Assembly: GCA_037447605.1 (NCBI GenBank)
Contig: CM074805.1
Coordinates: 434,001-498,000, forward strand
Length of the DNA: 64,000 nt
From: Zygnema circumcarinatum SAG 698-1b
Taxonomy: Eukaryota; Plantae; Zygnematophyceae
Direction: 5' to 3'
Positions 46,882-57,924 of this stretch are shown here, in pieces. Position numbers and translations under genes: made by a program. Position 1 is the first letter of the stretch; every line of letters begins with the position of its first letter. The notes beneath the pieces were generated by a model, which did not search any database, was not told where the DNA came from, and saw only the letters and a list, made by a program, of their open reading frames with translations.

Positions 46882-49603
46882 TCATCGAAGGGACCCCGCG
46901 GGAGTCAAAACTCCATTGGTGCTGTAGAGGGAGCGAGCGGTGTTGAAAAAATGCGCCACGCTCTCTTCCGGGGTTCCAACCAGCACTCCATGGCCGAGGT
47001 TGAGGATGTGTCCTCGCGGGCCCGCCTTCGCTACCACTCTGTGCATGCCAAGCCCCCTCTCTCCCACCTCCTCATCCGATACAACTCAAGCAACCCAACA
47101 CAGAAAAGGACAAGAAAGGGGGGGGAGAGAGAGAGAGAGAGAGAAAAGAGAAAAGCGAGAGACGAGAAGGGAAAGGGGGAGAAGAGCGAGAAGGGAGGAG
47201 AGAGAAGAGATAGAAACCTCAGAAGAGAAAAGAGAGAAACTAGAGAAGATAGGAGAGAGACGAGAGGAGAGGGCAGAGAGCAGAGAGAGAGAGAGAGACA
47301 AGAGAAAGAAGAGAGAAGCGGCAAAAAAAGATGACCGTTTTCGTAAGCCGGAGAACCCTAACCTTTGAATGGCGTCCGTAATAGCACTTGGGGCAGCAAA
47401 GAGAACGGCAGGGTCCACATTTCCCTGCACAGCACAGGAGGGTCCGAGCCTCTCTCTTGCATCCGCCATGTCGATGGTCCAATCAAGGCCCACCACATCG
47501 ACTCCCGTGGAGCCCATCCTCTCCAAAAGGCCTCCACTCCCATTGGCGTAGAGAACGAGAGGCACCTCCGGGTGAGCCGCCTTCACTCTGTCTACCACCT
47601 GCTCAAGCAGCCACCTCGCTCACGCTCAGAAAGGAGGTCCAGTTGCAAAGGGCTTCTTGAGGAGGGAGAGGAAGCGGAGGGTGGAGAGAGGAGATGAGGG
47701 AGAGGAAGCGAAAGGTGGAGAGGAGAGGAGGGAAAGGAAGCGGAGGGTGGAGAGAGAAGAGGAGGGAGAGGAAGCGGACGGTGGAGAGAGGAGAGGAGGG
47801 AGAGGAAGCGGAGGGTGGAGAGAGGAGAGGAGGGAGAGGAAGCGGAGGGTGGAGAGAGGAGAGGAGGGAGAGGAAGCGGAGGGTGGAGAGAGGAGAGGAG
47901 GGAGAGGAAGCGGAGGGTGGAGAGAGAGGAGAGGAGGGAGAGGAAGCGGAGGGTGGAGAGAGGAGAGGAGGGAGAGGAAGCGGAGGGTGGAGAGAGGAGA
48001 GGAGGGAGAGGAAGCGGAGGGTGGAGAGAGGAGAGGAGGGAGAGGAAGCGGAGGGTGGAGAGAGGAGAGGAGGGAGAGGGAGGAAAGACTCCAGCGTCAG
48101 GCTGCTATCGACGTCCAAGGCGCGAGTGAGCTTCTTACCTGCTGAATGTAGGGCTTTGACCACAAGTCCCACTGGTCCGGAGGGAGCTGACCACCCCAGG
48201 AGTCGAAAATTTGAATGCACTGCGCGCCAGCCTCGATTTGAAAAATCGCATAAGTGGCCAACTGCTCCGCCAGAGAGGAGAGGATTCCTTGCAGGATAGC
48301 AGGAGCTTGCAGAGCCATGGTTTTAATCACAGTGTAAGTCCGCGTGCTCTTCCCCTCCACGCAGTATGTGGCAAGGGTCCAAGGGGCTCCAATAAAGCCC
48401 AGCACTGCAGCTGCATTGCCCACCTGCCCAGCCATAAGCCCTGCCTCAACCATTGACTTGCTCGCACCTCACCCTCTAGACCTATACTTCACCATCAGCC
48501 AATCTTGGGGGCGTAGGTACATTTTGTGCCAATGATTTCCTCTCCGGTCGACATCAAACACCCCGCTTCTTTGCAGTATGGCAAGTACCAACGTTGTCCT
48601 CGAGCATTTTTAAAGCACACTGAAAATACTAAAAGGCTTAGGCATTTTTCAGTGATACACGGTCGACCATTTTGTTCATAAGTCATGCATTCTTATAATT
48701 TGATTCTAAGAGGAATACAACTAACAAGTCCACCTCAAAAAGCCCTTCTCATTTCAAGAATTCAACAATTTTGAAACTTAATACCTCCTAGTGAAGAAAG
48801 CTGCCAGCCCAACACCTCACCTCGGCGCGCAGACATCGCAGGGAGTCTCCAACAAAGCTGAGCTGCGAGAGGTCGAGAGAATGCAGAGTGTCCAAAGACT
48901 CCTTTGACCTAATTGGCGCCTCAATAAGGGGTCCTTTGTTCTCATCTATCTCAAAGGGGATACCCATCGCCGGGAGAGGTGTGAGAATGTCAGAGAACAA
49001 AATGACGCCGTCAGGTTGGAAGGATTCCCATGGCTGCAGAGAAATCTGAACAATCAGGTCCGTCGTCTCCGACCGCTCACGGAACGACGGGTGCTTTTCA
49101 GACAGTTTACGGTACGATGCCATGTAACGACCTGCTTGCCGCATCATCCAGGCAGGCGGGCGGGGAACAGCCTCTCCCCGAGCAGCTCGAACAAGAAGAG
49201 GATCTACACCCTCCATAATTTGAACCCCCATTATGATACAAACCCTCATTTTCAGCTAGAATTTGGTTGAGAGTGGCGGGAATTAATAAGGATAAACGAA
49301 TTTAAGGGAATGCATCTTACCCATATCGGCGCTGCAGCAAACAGCTAGAGCGTGGTGTCTGCGCTGCGTCTGCTGAGGCTGCTGAGGGAGCCATTCTGAG
49401 CACCTCCAGGAGCTGCAGACCCCTTCCAACCCCAATTCGCTTGAGATTCAAGGAAACGGAAGTTTATGAGACAACAGAGTTAGAAAATTTTAGAAGCAAC
49501 TCCTTTAAAGGACGCGCTTCCTCGCGTGGAAAATCCAAGTGAGCTGAGACCCTTGCCTGCCACTTGATAGTGCTGCGGGAGAAGGAATGCGGCAGGCAGC
49601 CAT
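46882..49603 (-). CDS. HEME1: Uroporphyrinogen decarboxylase, plastid (HEME1-type), 6 exons (49603-49557, 49412-49321, 49203-48821, 48423-48139, 47598-47363, about 47038-46882)
   Basis: [74 protein letters not shown]. Exon 1 needs a GC donor. Confidence 0.95.
47665..48082 (+). repeat. 34-bp polypurine minisatellite, about 12 copies, in UROD intron 4
   Basis: Unit GAAGCGGAGGGTGGAGAGAGGAGAGGAGGGAGAG; the central copies are near-identical. Confidence 0.95.
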
Positions 49604-50585
49604 CCCTCCGAAGAGTCTCGCCGATGGCAGGATGTTTAGAATAGATAGAGAGAGAGAGAGCGAGCGAGAGAGAGAGTGAGAGAGAGAGAGACGAGAGAAG
49701 GGAGGCACGAGGGAAGGGGAGAGAGAGAAGGGGGGGGGGGGGGGGNNNNNNNNNNGGGGGGGGGGGGGGGGGGGGGGGGGGGGAGAGGGCGCAATCAGGA
49801 GTGGATAAAATGGCGACTTTTGGGATAACTCGCGGCCCTTAGCCCTAAATGGAGACGAGTGCTGCCTGTACCGAATCAATGATATCGTTAACCATGCATC
49901 GTATCGTATCGGGATATCTTTTCATATCGCTGTGCTTTGATTCGTTGAAGATGCACCGTGGTGCCTCCACAGAACCTTACAATGACTGCATTTTCCGAAT
50001 TCAAGCAAACAAACGATGACTGAGACGGACTGAGAAGATGGAGGTCAAGCCTTCCATGGGAGTGATGGATGAGACATGACTGTTGTACCGAACTTGAACA
50101 ATTACGCTGAACAGCTTTGAGCTGTATAGAATTCAACCAGGTTATATGTGAGACGGTTGATTGCCGAGGATCAGCTAAGTTCATTTTTCTTTTTTATAAG
50201 AGTTTTTAGGCAGAGTGAGGGAGAGAAGCAAGAGAAGCCGGTGAACTGGCATTGGTCTCTTAACTGTACATGGACAAAAGCCAATATGCAGGACCAATGT
50301 GCACCGGTCAAATCGACCTATGAGTGAAAGGAAGGCTTTGAGCGGAACCCTGCTTCTAAGCCTAACAGCACGGCTCGAAAGCAGCGAAGGTCGCCAATAT
50401 GGGGCACATCTCGCTGCGGGAAGGAAACTAAATCATGCGTATTCCTACATAACGTTTGCCTGCATTCTCTGACCCTCTGTCCCCTGCCTGCCATTCTCCC
50501 AATCCCCCACTTCCCCTCTCTACCTCCTCATCTCCCCATCGTTGTCCCCAGCATAACAAAGCACGCGTCTCTCCATCCTCCACTT

Positions 50586-52001
50586 CTATTGAGGAGGCGG
50601 TGGCATATTCTCATTCACCATTCCACCAGAAAGCAGATGAGCCACGTAGTGCTGCAAGCATAAGAGAACAACCCCATCACAGATAGTCAGAACATGCAGT
50701 AAAGAAGTTCAGCCTCCAGTCCCACCCCTCCCTGTCTTCCCCCTCCCTTAAGGCGGCCATCCTACCGCGTGGTATGCGTACGGAGCCTGGCCTTGGCGGT
50801 CGAAGTGCTTCCCTAAAATAGTGAACTCTAGAGGGCCCCAATCCTCCTGCTCGTACACGTTCCCCAGGGCCTGCTTGTATAGCTGCAGACCTCCCTTCAC
50901 CCGGACCATATCAGTTGACCTCCAGAATGTTAAGCATTGCTTTCTTCAGAAAAGAACTAACTAAGACAGTCGCTTGTATAAATCACACTTAACGCAGCCA
51001 TCGGTGAAGTCAATTCGTTGGCATTTTCATTCTCTTGGAATGATGCCTCTTTGTTGCGTATGGGCCCTCAGCTCACCGTCATATGAGTACTTACCACTAC
51101 CACCTTTAGGGAAAGGAGAGCCTACGTGATTGAACAATGCTAGTGTTCGAACTGAGGCTATGAATGCAGTCAAATTGCTGAAATCCTAAACACCAAAAGG
51201 AGGAACTGAAGATGAGAAAGGAAAGGAGGCTCGACCTTTCCCACATCCACCAGAAGTTCAGTCCCTGCAGCATATCCGCTATAGGGAGTGGCTTCCTGCG
51301 GCACGTGAGCCCGCAAACTGCATGGAGCCATGAAACGCACTGGCAACATCACTAACCAACGGCATGGCTTATAGAAAACATCGGCGATGATTGACGTTAT
51401 CAGCATTTCAACCGTTTTGAATCGTGCAGAGAGCTTACAAGGGACCGAAGCGCATAATTGAAAGAACTTGTGGTTTAGAGTATATTTCATGAACTGGTGC
51501 CCAAACCCTTTCCTTTGTAGAAGTGCACGCTACTTTGGCATGCGTTGCATGATAAGCAAGAACTTCCTCTAACAGATATCCATCGAAAGATTCATGTCCC
51601 ATACACATCCAACTTCCAGGGTTCCGGGACTTTGTTTCACTAATTTTTGCTTGCTCGAAGTGGGGCAAGGTGGTTGATTCAATATCCGAGATCAGGTTTG
51701 AGAGGAGCTATATCCTATCTTCATTTATAAAGAGCTGCCATTGTGCAACAAAGGTAAGAAGTTGCTTTCTTAAAACAATCAAGTATGGTTCATCCAGAAC
51801 CGAGACCTGAGAGCTTCACAAACCCATGAATGTTCATTCCACTGCGAAATGGGATGATGTAGGCGATATTATCGTATAATCTAGGTGAATTTACCTGATG
51901 TTGCCATAGATGTATGCAGCAGCAAAGGTGATGCCGAACATGCGCACATCATTCGCAATCCGTTGGAACCTCTGCACCTCCCAAATGGACCTGCCAGCCA
52001 T
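50586..52001 (-). CDS. Small multi-exon protein of unknown function with one N-terminal hydrophobic segment (about 130 aa)
   Basis: gccATGG start; exon 52001-51895 MAGRSIWEVQRFQRIANDVRMFGITFAAAYIYGNI; exon from 51841 GMNIHGF; exon 50919-50766 ...LYKQALGNVYEQEDWGPLEFTILGKHFDRQGQAPYAYHA; last exon 50651-50586 HYVAHLLSGG...*. Middle exons are uncertain. Confidence 0.65.
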
Positions 52002-52327
52002 GGCTGCTCCTTAATATGCGAATGCGTCTCTCTCCCTCCCCTGCAAGTCTAACCTAATCGTGCCACCTCATTGCATTCCTATCCTTGAGGTATCAACTCC
52101 TCCAGTGATCAAGCTTCTTCACAAAAGCAAAAAACAAAATTTCACGGCTGAAAAAATCCTGCAAACAAGAAGCATTCTTTCAGGAGATCTCCGCATTCAT
52201 TCATATATATATTATATATTTTCCATACAAATCCTTGATCACAGCACTTGCTGCAGCAGTCCCTCTGCAGGAAGTAGAGACCCACTTTGTTATTATTATT
52301 ACTTGGAATTTTACCCACTGAGCCCCT

Positions 52328-52430
52328 TTGTACGGGAACTAAAAATTTTGTACTGTACTGGTACAGTACAATTTTCGTACGAAATTTGTACACAATACCG
52401 TACTTTTACGTACCTTTTGTAAGGTACGTT
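52328..52430. promoter_or_regulatory. Dense palindromic GTAC array in a divergent intergenic region
   Basis: Ten GTAC in about 100 bp, including TTGTACTGTAC-TG-GTACAGTACAA and TTTCGTACGAAA. Confidence 0.65.
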
Positions 52431-52869
52431 TTCGCTGTGCGCCCAACCTTTGGCTGTCTCCCGTCTCGAACCGGTTATTCTGCCACGTCACATTCTTACA
52501 CGTGCGCGGTTCCATGATGTGGAGTTGACATGTCATGTCACATGCTGGATGCGGATGAGGCAGCATGTTACGTCACGTCACCACTTCCCCCCCCCGTCTC
52601 TTTGAAGGTTCGCCTGAAGGGCAGCCTCATGTAATTGTTTGGTTCTGTTGGTGTTGAGTGGCGAAGGCGGCTGTGGTGGAGAGAGTGAGAAAGGGAGAGA
52701 GAAAGGCGCGGACAATGTGCAGGCTTTGGGTTGACAATGGCTCGTGAAGGCCAGAAGATATGCACACGTCCGCCGTTATCTCCGATCATTCGGGCGCTTG
52801 GAATATGAGTGGTAAGCGGAGGGGAATTTAGAGAGGCAGGTGGTGCATCAGAAGTGCATCCCCTGAGTC

Positions 52870-55800
52870 ATGGCTGGCTGCCAGCTTTCAGGCATGCTCT
52901 GTTCAGTGAGATGGATGAATTGTGCTGAAGGCAGAACGCCATGGCTTACTCTGTCGCGAAATTCGTCATGGCGGAGCTCGTCGTGCCCTACTTGCAATGC
53001 CAAGAATGTTTGCTCAGTGGAAGCAAGAAGAAGCTCGTCTGGAACAATTTGGAAAGCACAGGGTCCATTGTTGCGGTTTGGATGTCCAGGCATTGCTGGA
53101 GCTCCGGAAGAATCCCTTGCGCGCCCATGGGAAAGTTTGAACACCTTAAGGAGCTGCGGCAGAATGGGAGTAGGAAAGGGAATGCTTAATCAGGCACAAT
53201 ACATCTGTAGAGAGTCAGATGATGCGGACACGGAGAGCGAAGGTGCCGTGAAAAATAAAGTAATTGTGGAATTGGACTGGAATTTGCTTTTTTCCAAGGG
53301 AAGGCTTGCTCTCCTTGCGGCGGCCTCTCTATGTTCTCTTCAACATTTCAGTGCAGGACAAGCAATTGCGGCAGATGAGTTCAACCGCAGAAGTGTCGGA
53401 GATGTGAGAGCTGGCAGACGGCATCACAGAAGGCGGCTAAGTAAAGAGGTTTTGGAAAGTCATAGCGATAATAGTGCAGCGAGTGGTAGTGCCAGTGGTA
53501 GTGAAGACGATGGAAACGTGACGCTCGTTATTGACTTCGAGGAGGTGAAGCAGAAGGCTGGAAAGGCGATGGGAAGCGTGAAGGGGAGGGCGGAAGATGC
53601 AGCAAATGGAGTCAAAAGAGCTGCTCAGAGAGCTGTTCAGGAAGCCAAGTAAGGTGAATGCGGAGACGAGACATCGAGAGGAAGGGTGGTGTGCGGGAGG
53701 GGGCAGTAGGGGAGGAGGGAGGGAGGGGAGGGGAGGGGGTGGGGAAGGGAGGGGGGATGGGGGAATGGGGAGGGGAGAGGGAGCTGGGGGAGTGGGCATA
53801 GGGAAAGAGATGGAGTGGGAGTAGTTATGCTGAAGGTGGATTGATTTCTGTAACTTGACGAGGTATATAAACGTTAGGCTGCGATTCCCTTAAAGTTCTC
53901 ATGCCAAGGAAATGTCGAATATTCTGTTGTTAGGCAGGTTTCCTGGGTTGTTCATGATTTTGCTGCGTTCCTTGGTCTCTCATGATTGCTTTAGATTAGG
54001 CTCCTCTGCTTTTTACACCTCTTTTGTTTAGTCGTGGTACAATCTCGAGACGGTGTGACAAGCTAGGTGATTGCAAATGCGGATTGATGGCAACGTACGT
54101 TAGCCACTTGAATTTTATTCTTGAGTCTGTCTTTTGTTTCCTGTAACTTTGTCTTTCTAATAATTTCTATATTGACCCTCAAGTTTGTTTCATCAGGCAA
54201 ACAGTCGATGACTTGCGATCGGCCATTCAATTTCAGCCAGGAGGCCGATTGGTCGTTTCGATTCGCCGAGACTTTTTTCAAGGACCCCTCCTCGTCCTGG
54301 CGATTGTTATCTTCCTCTCTATAGCAAGGAAATGGCTTTGGAGGCTATTCCATTTTTTAGGGTTTGGTTGGTCAGAGCATTACGGAGGACGAGAGAGAAT
54401 TGTAAGGGATAGATCGTTAGGAGGAAGAGAAGTACGAGTCGGGAATCCCCGCAGTTCTCCAAGCATCACCCCTACTGCATCATCCTTTAAACCGACTACT
54501 TCATCTTGGTCTGATGGACGCTTGTCTAACCCCTTAGATGATGGGAGAAGGCAGTCGCGATCAGAGCAGGATCTACGGAAACAGCAAAGAGCCCTTCCAG
54601 TAAAACGGAAAATCTCACTCCCTCCATGGTGGGTCCCCATGGAGCCTCCTCTTGATGTCAATGGGGAGTCAAAGGAGCAGGGAAGGCGGGAAGCACAGGC
54701 GTTTCTGGAAGGTGAGGAATTGTCTGAATTACCCTGCTGGTATGCTACATTCATAAGTAGGGCTTTTGGAGACAAGACTTGTGGGACTGTCATATGAGAT
54801 TTTTGCATTTACTTTGATTCCGGGGTTTCAGGAATGCTTGATCGACGGCTGGGAGGAAGCGACTTCAGCGAGCAGGACATTTTGGAGGTGCGTATGCTTT
54901 TTTATGTGCTTCGTGGCCTTTCACTAATAAAAGGGAATATGGCCTTGGATGTATGAGTTATGCAGGAAAACCCGCAGTTGTATCTTTGCCATCATGTCAT
55001 TTCACTTGCGCCAAATATGCTGCACTGTTTTTTGACTGTTTTTTCACTTTCATGTGACTGAAGTTGTGTAGTCCTTTGTTCCCTTTTCAGCTCCGGTGGC
55101 TCTGCTGGAAGAGTGGTGTATCAGTTTTTTTGCCTACCAGCAACACTCGCGATGCTCTATATCGAGCAGCAGTGAATGTAGCTATTGCTGCTTCTGCAAG
55201 GTGAAGTCTAATAATCCAAATGAATACAACCCCCCCCCCTGAAGTCTCCACATAAACAACACACATGGTCATCTACATTGCACGATTTCGAAGCCAATGC
55301 TGCGGGGTTCTATGTACATAGCCGAATGAGAGACGGAACTGTAGCTGTACGTGTTCTATGTGAGTCCTTGGCATCGTACTGAAGGCATTCTATGTGCTGC
55401 TGCAGGGGAGGTTCTATTGGCGTAAATCCTGTGTCTGCTCCGAAATTCGTTTCTGGATTTGCAGGTGCCATTGGAGTGGAGGAAGAGCGAGCTGCCTCTA
55501 TAGCGAGTGCCGCTGTGGCAGCAAGGATGCGCTCTGCTTTCTTGCAGGCGTGGGTGAGTTTTTGGGCATTTCAAAAAGGCCCCATACAGTATTCAAGAGT
55601 TTCATGCCGTACGGGAGTTTGTATGATGTCTTACAGCACTTCGTGTCGCTTCTGCTGAAGGGCTTTATGCCGGTTGAATGGCTTCCGTAGAGGTCCTCCG
55701 CCCCTTTGCATGCATCCGAATTGCTTCTCCTTGGCTTTTTTCTCACTCTTCGTGCACCTTTTTTGACAGGCCCTTCTGAAGCAGGAGCGGAAAGCGGAGG

Positions 55801-55881
55801 CGAAGGAGGAATTGGCAGCCATAGCCTCAATTCTCAGCGTGTATCCTCCCGATCCTTCTGCTGTGAGTCACATAACTCAGC

Positions 55882-55962
<81 letters not shown>

Positions 55963-56293
55963 GCATGCACGCTCTAGACAAAGACGAGGCGCAGACAGTT
56001 CATGCATGACCTTCTGGGTTTCTGCTCTTCCCATGCACTTCATATCTCCTGTTTGACTGCGATTCAGTGATGCATGGATGAATTAGGAATGTGATTGAAG
56101 TGTGGTGGTTGCCATGCTGCAGCCGGAAGTGGACATGGTGGCAAGAGGGATTGTGCCCCGATTGGCCCGCGAGGACAGGCAGGAGGTCCTCTCTCTGTAC
56201 GGAGAGGCGGGAGGGAAGCAGACGGAACCCATAGCAGCGGCCGCCCTTGGCTTGGAGACCCGCAGAAGGCCCCCCCCCTCCTTCCCGCAGTAG
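52870..56293 (+). CDS. At2g38780-like plastid protein (membrane anchor plus helical/armadillo-like repeats), about 7 exons
   Basis: VRDRSLGGREV, LPPWW, FSEQDILELRWLCWKSGV, NTRDALYRAAV, AAVAARMRSAFLQAWALL, PEVDMVARG and AAAALGL in the order recalled for At2g38780. Confidence 0.82.
55882..55962 (+). repeat. (TTG)n microsatellite, about 26-27 units, intronic
   Basis: Seen directly. Confidence 0.95.
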
Positions 56294-56567
56294 ACCTGCG
56301 CTTGGGAGGAGGATGTGCTCTTCGTCAAGTCTCATGTCGCGATGAAGTTCGTGGCCATGTTGAGCATGCGATCTCTAGGAACTCGTAGTTGCATGTAGCT
56401 CGTAGGCGGCATAGGTTTGTTGACTCGAAGTCAAGGTGTCATGATTGTCAGGTCGGGAATAGGTGCAGAAAGTTGACTGATGCGAATATGGTAGAGGCGT
56501 ACGCTCGAGAATTGGTTGCCAGTTCATAGGTTGCAAAGGGAACAACATATCCAGAGAGTACTACGAC

Positions 56568-57088
56568 CCCTACTACCATTCATTTGAACAATTGAATAAT
56601 TCAAGATTTTGGCTGTTCAAAAAAAAAACTGTTCGTAACTAGCGTTAAGAAGAAAAACTGTTCTGCTTTCGGTTTCTGGTTTTTTTTTTTTTTTGAACAG
56701 CGGTCCTTGTTCAAATGCGAATCCAATACCAAACCGATTGAACATTGAATAATTATTTTTCGGTCATTCAATTTCAATATACTTTGCGTTGAAAGATCAA
56801 CTTTAAGATTCTGGCAAATTGCGTTCAAAATTTGCCGGTTTTCGTTTCCGTACCGTACGAAAATCGTTCCCTGGCGCAAAAAGTCGTACGGTGAAAACTG
56901 GCTGGAGTTAAACAAACCTCTTAGATTGCTTCAATCCTACGTGGCAAAAAGTGGAATTCACAGGTGCAATTTTCAATTTGAGAAACTATTCATTTCGAGT
57001 GTTCAAAAAGTTCAAATGAAACCTTTTAATTTGACCATCGAACAATTCCAAGAAAAAAGTTCATTTGTTCAAATTAATGGTAGTAGGG
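56568..57088. mobile_element. MITE-like non-autonomous element, about 520 bp, AT-rich, with imperfect 29-bp TIRs
   Basis: Left ccctactaccattcatttgaacaattgaa vs right ttcatttgttcaaattaatggtagtaggg (27/29 complementary); related partial copy at 43180-43469; no coding capacity; TSD unclear. Confidence 0.7.
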
Positions 57089-57924
57089 TAGTGGAATGTT
57101 GTTGAGGTTTTCCGAAGAAGCAACAATAATGTGAGATTTCTGTTCAATTGCACCAACAAACTTGCATTTCTGAAGGCTTCAAAAATCTTAAAATCTTCAA
57201 ATCTCTCGCAATCAAAACCCTCCACATTCTGAAACCTTCGAAACCTGACAACCCTATCGTTCCGTAATCTTCGAAGCCCTCTAAAGTCGAAACCCGAAAC
57301 GACCTGGTTTTTCTCGGACCCACGTACGGGATGACGCCATGACTCAGTCTCACGCTCTCATGCCATGTCCCATCCATCCATGCCACATCCATGCATGACA
57401 ATTGAACGACCCTGCCCATGGTGCCATACATACATACATACATGCATGGATGCATGCATGGGATGGGATGCCATGATGCGCCCCCCACCCCATAGCCGTA
57501 GCCCCCCCCGAGGGCAGGACCCTATGCCCGCTGTCAGCGCGGCCGCCAGGTGCCAGCTGCCGCCCCTCCGCGGCGCCACGTGGCGGGCAGGTGCACACGC
57601 GAGGCCAGCGCGCGGCTCTTGCACGCCCCGCGCCGCGTGGCAACCCTAATTCTGCGCGCGCTGGGGGGCCGCTGGGGGGCGAGGACTGGGAGGGAGTGCG
57701 CGGGAGGGAGGGAGAGGGAGAGGGAGAGAGTGGGAAAGAACTCTCGATTCCGAATGAGAGGAAGGGGAGGGGGAAGCGGGCGTGTGTGACCGTGGCGTAA
57801 GTAGGGAAGAGGTAGGAAGGCAGGGAGGTAAGCGGCCTCCGCGTAGGCTGTGGGAGGAAGGAAGGAGGAGAAAAGAGTAGTGAAGGAAGGTAGAGGGAAG
57901 GTAGAGACGGGGAGGGAGAGGAAG

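Noticed and set aside
47665-48082. Possible CRISPR-like array
   Set aside because: No unique spacers; contiguous tandem units inside a spliceosomal intron.
47603-48299. Long ORFs on both strands resembling repeat proteins
   Set aside because: They are the 34-bp intronic minisatellite read in stop-free frames.
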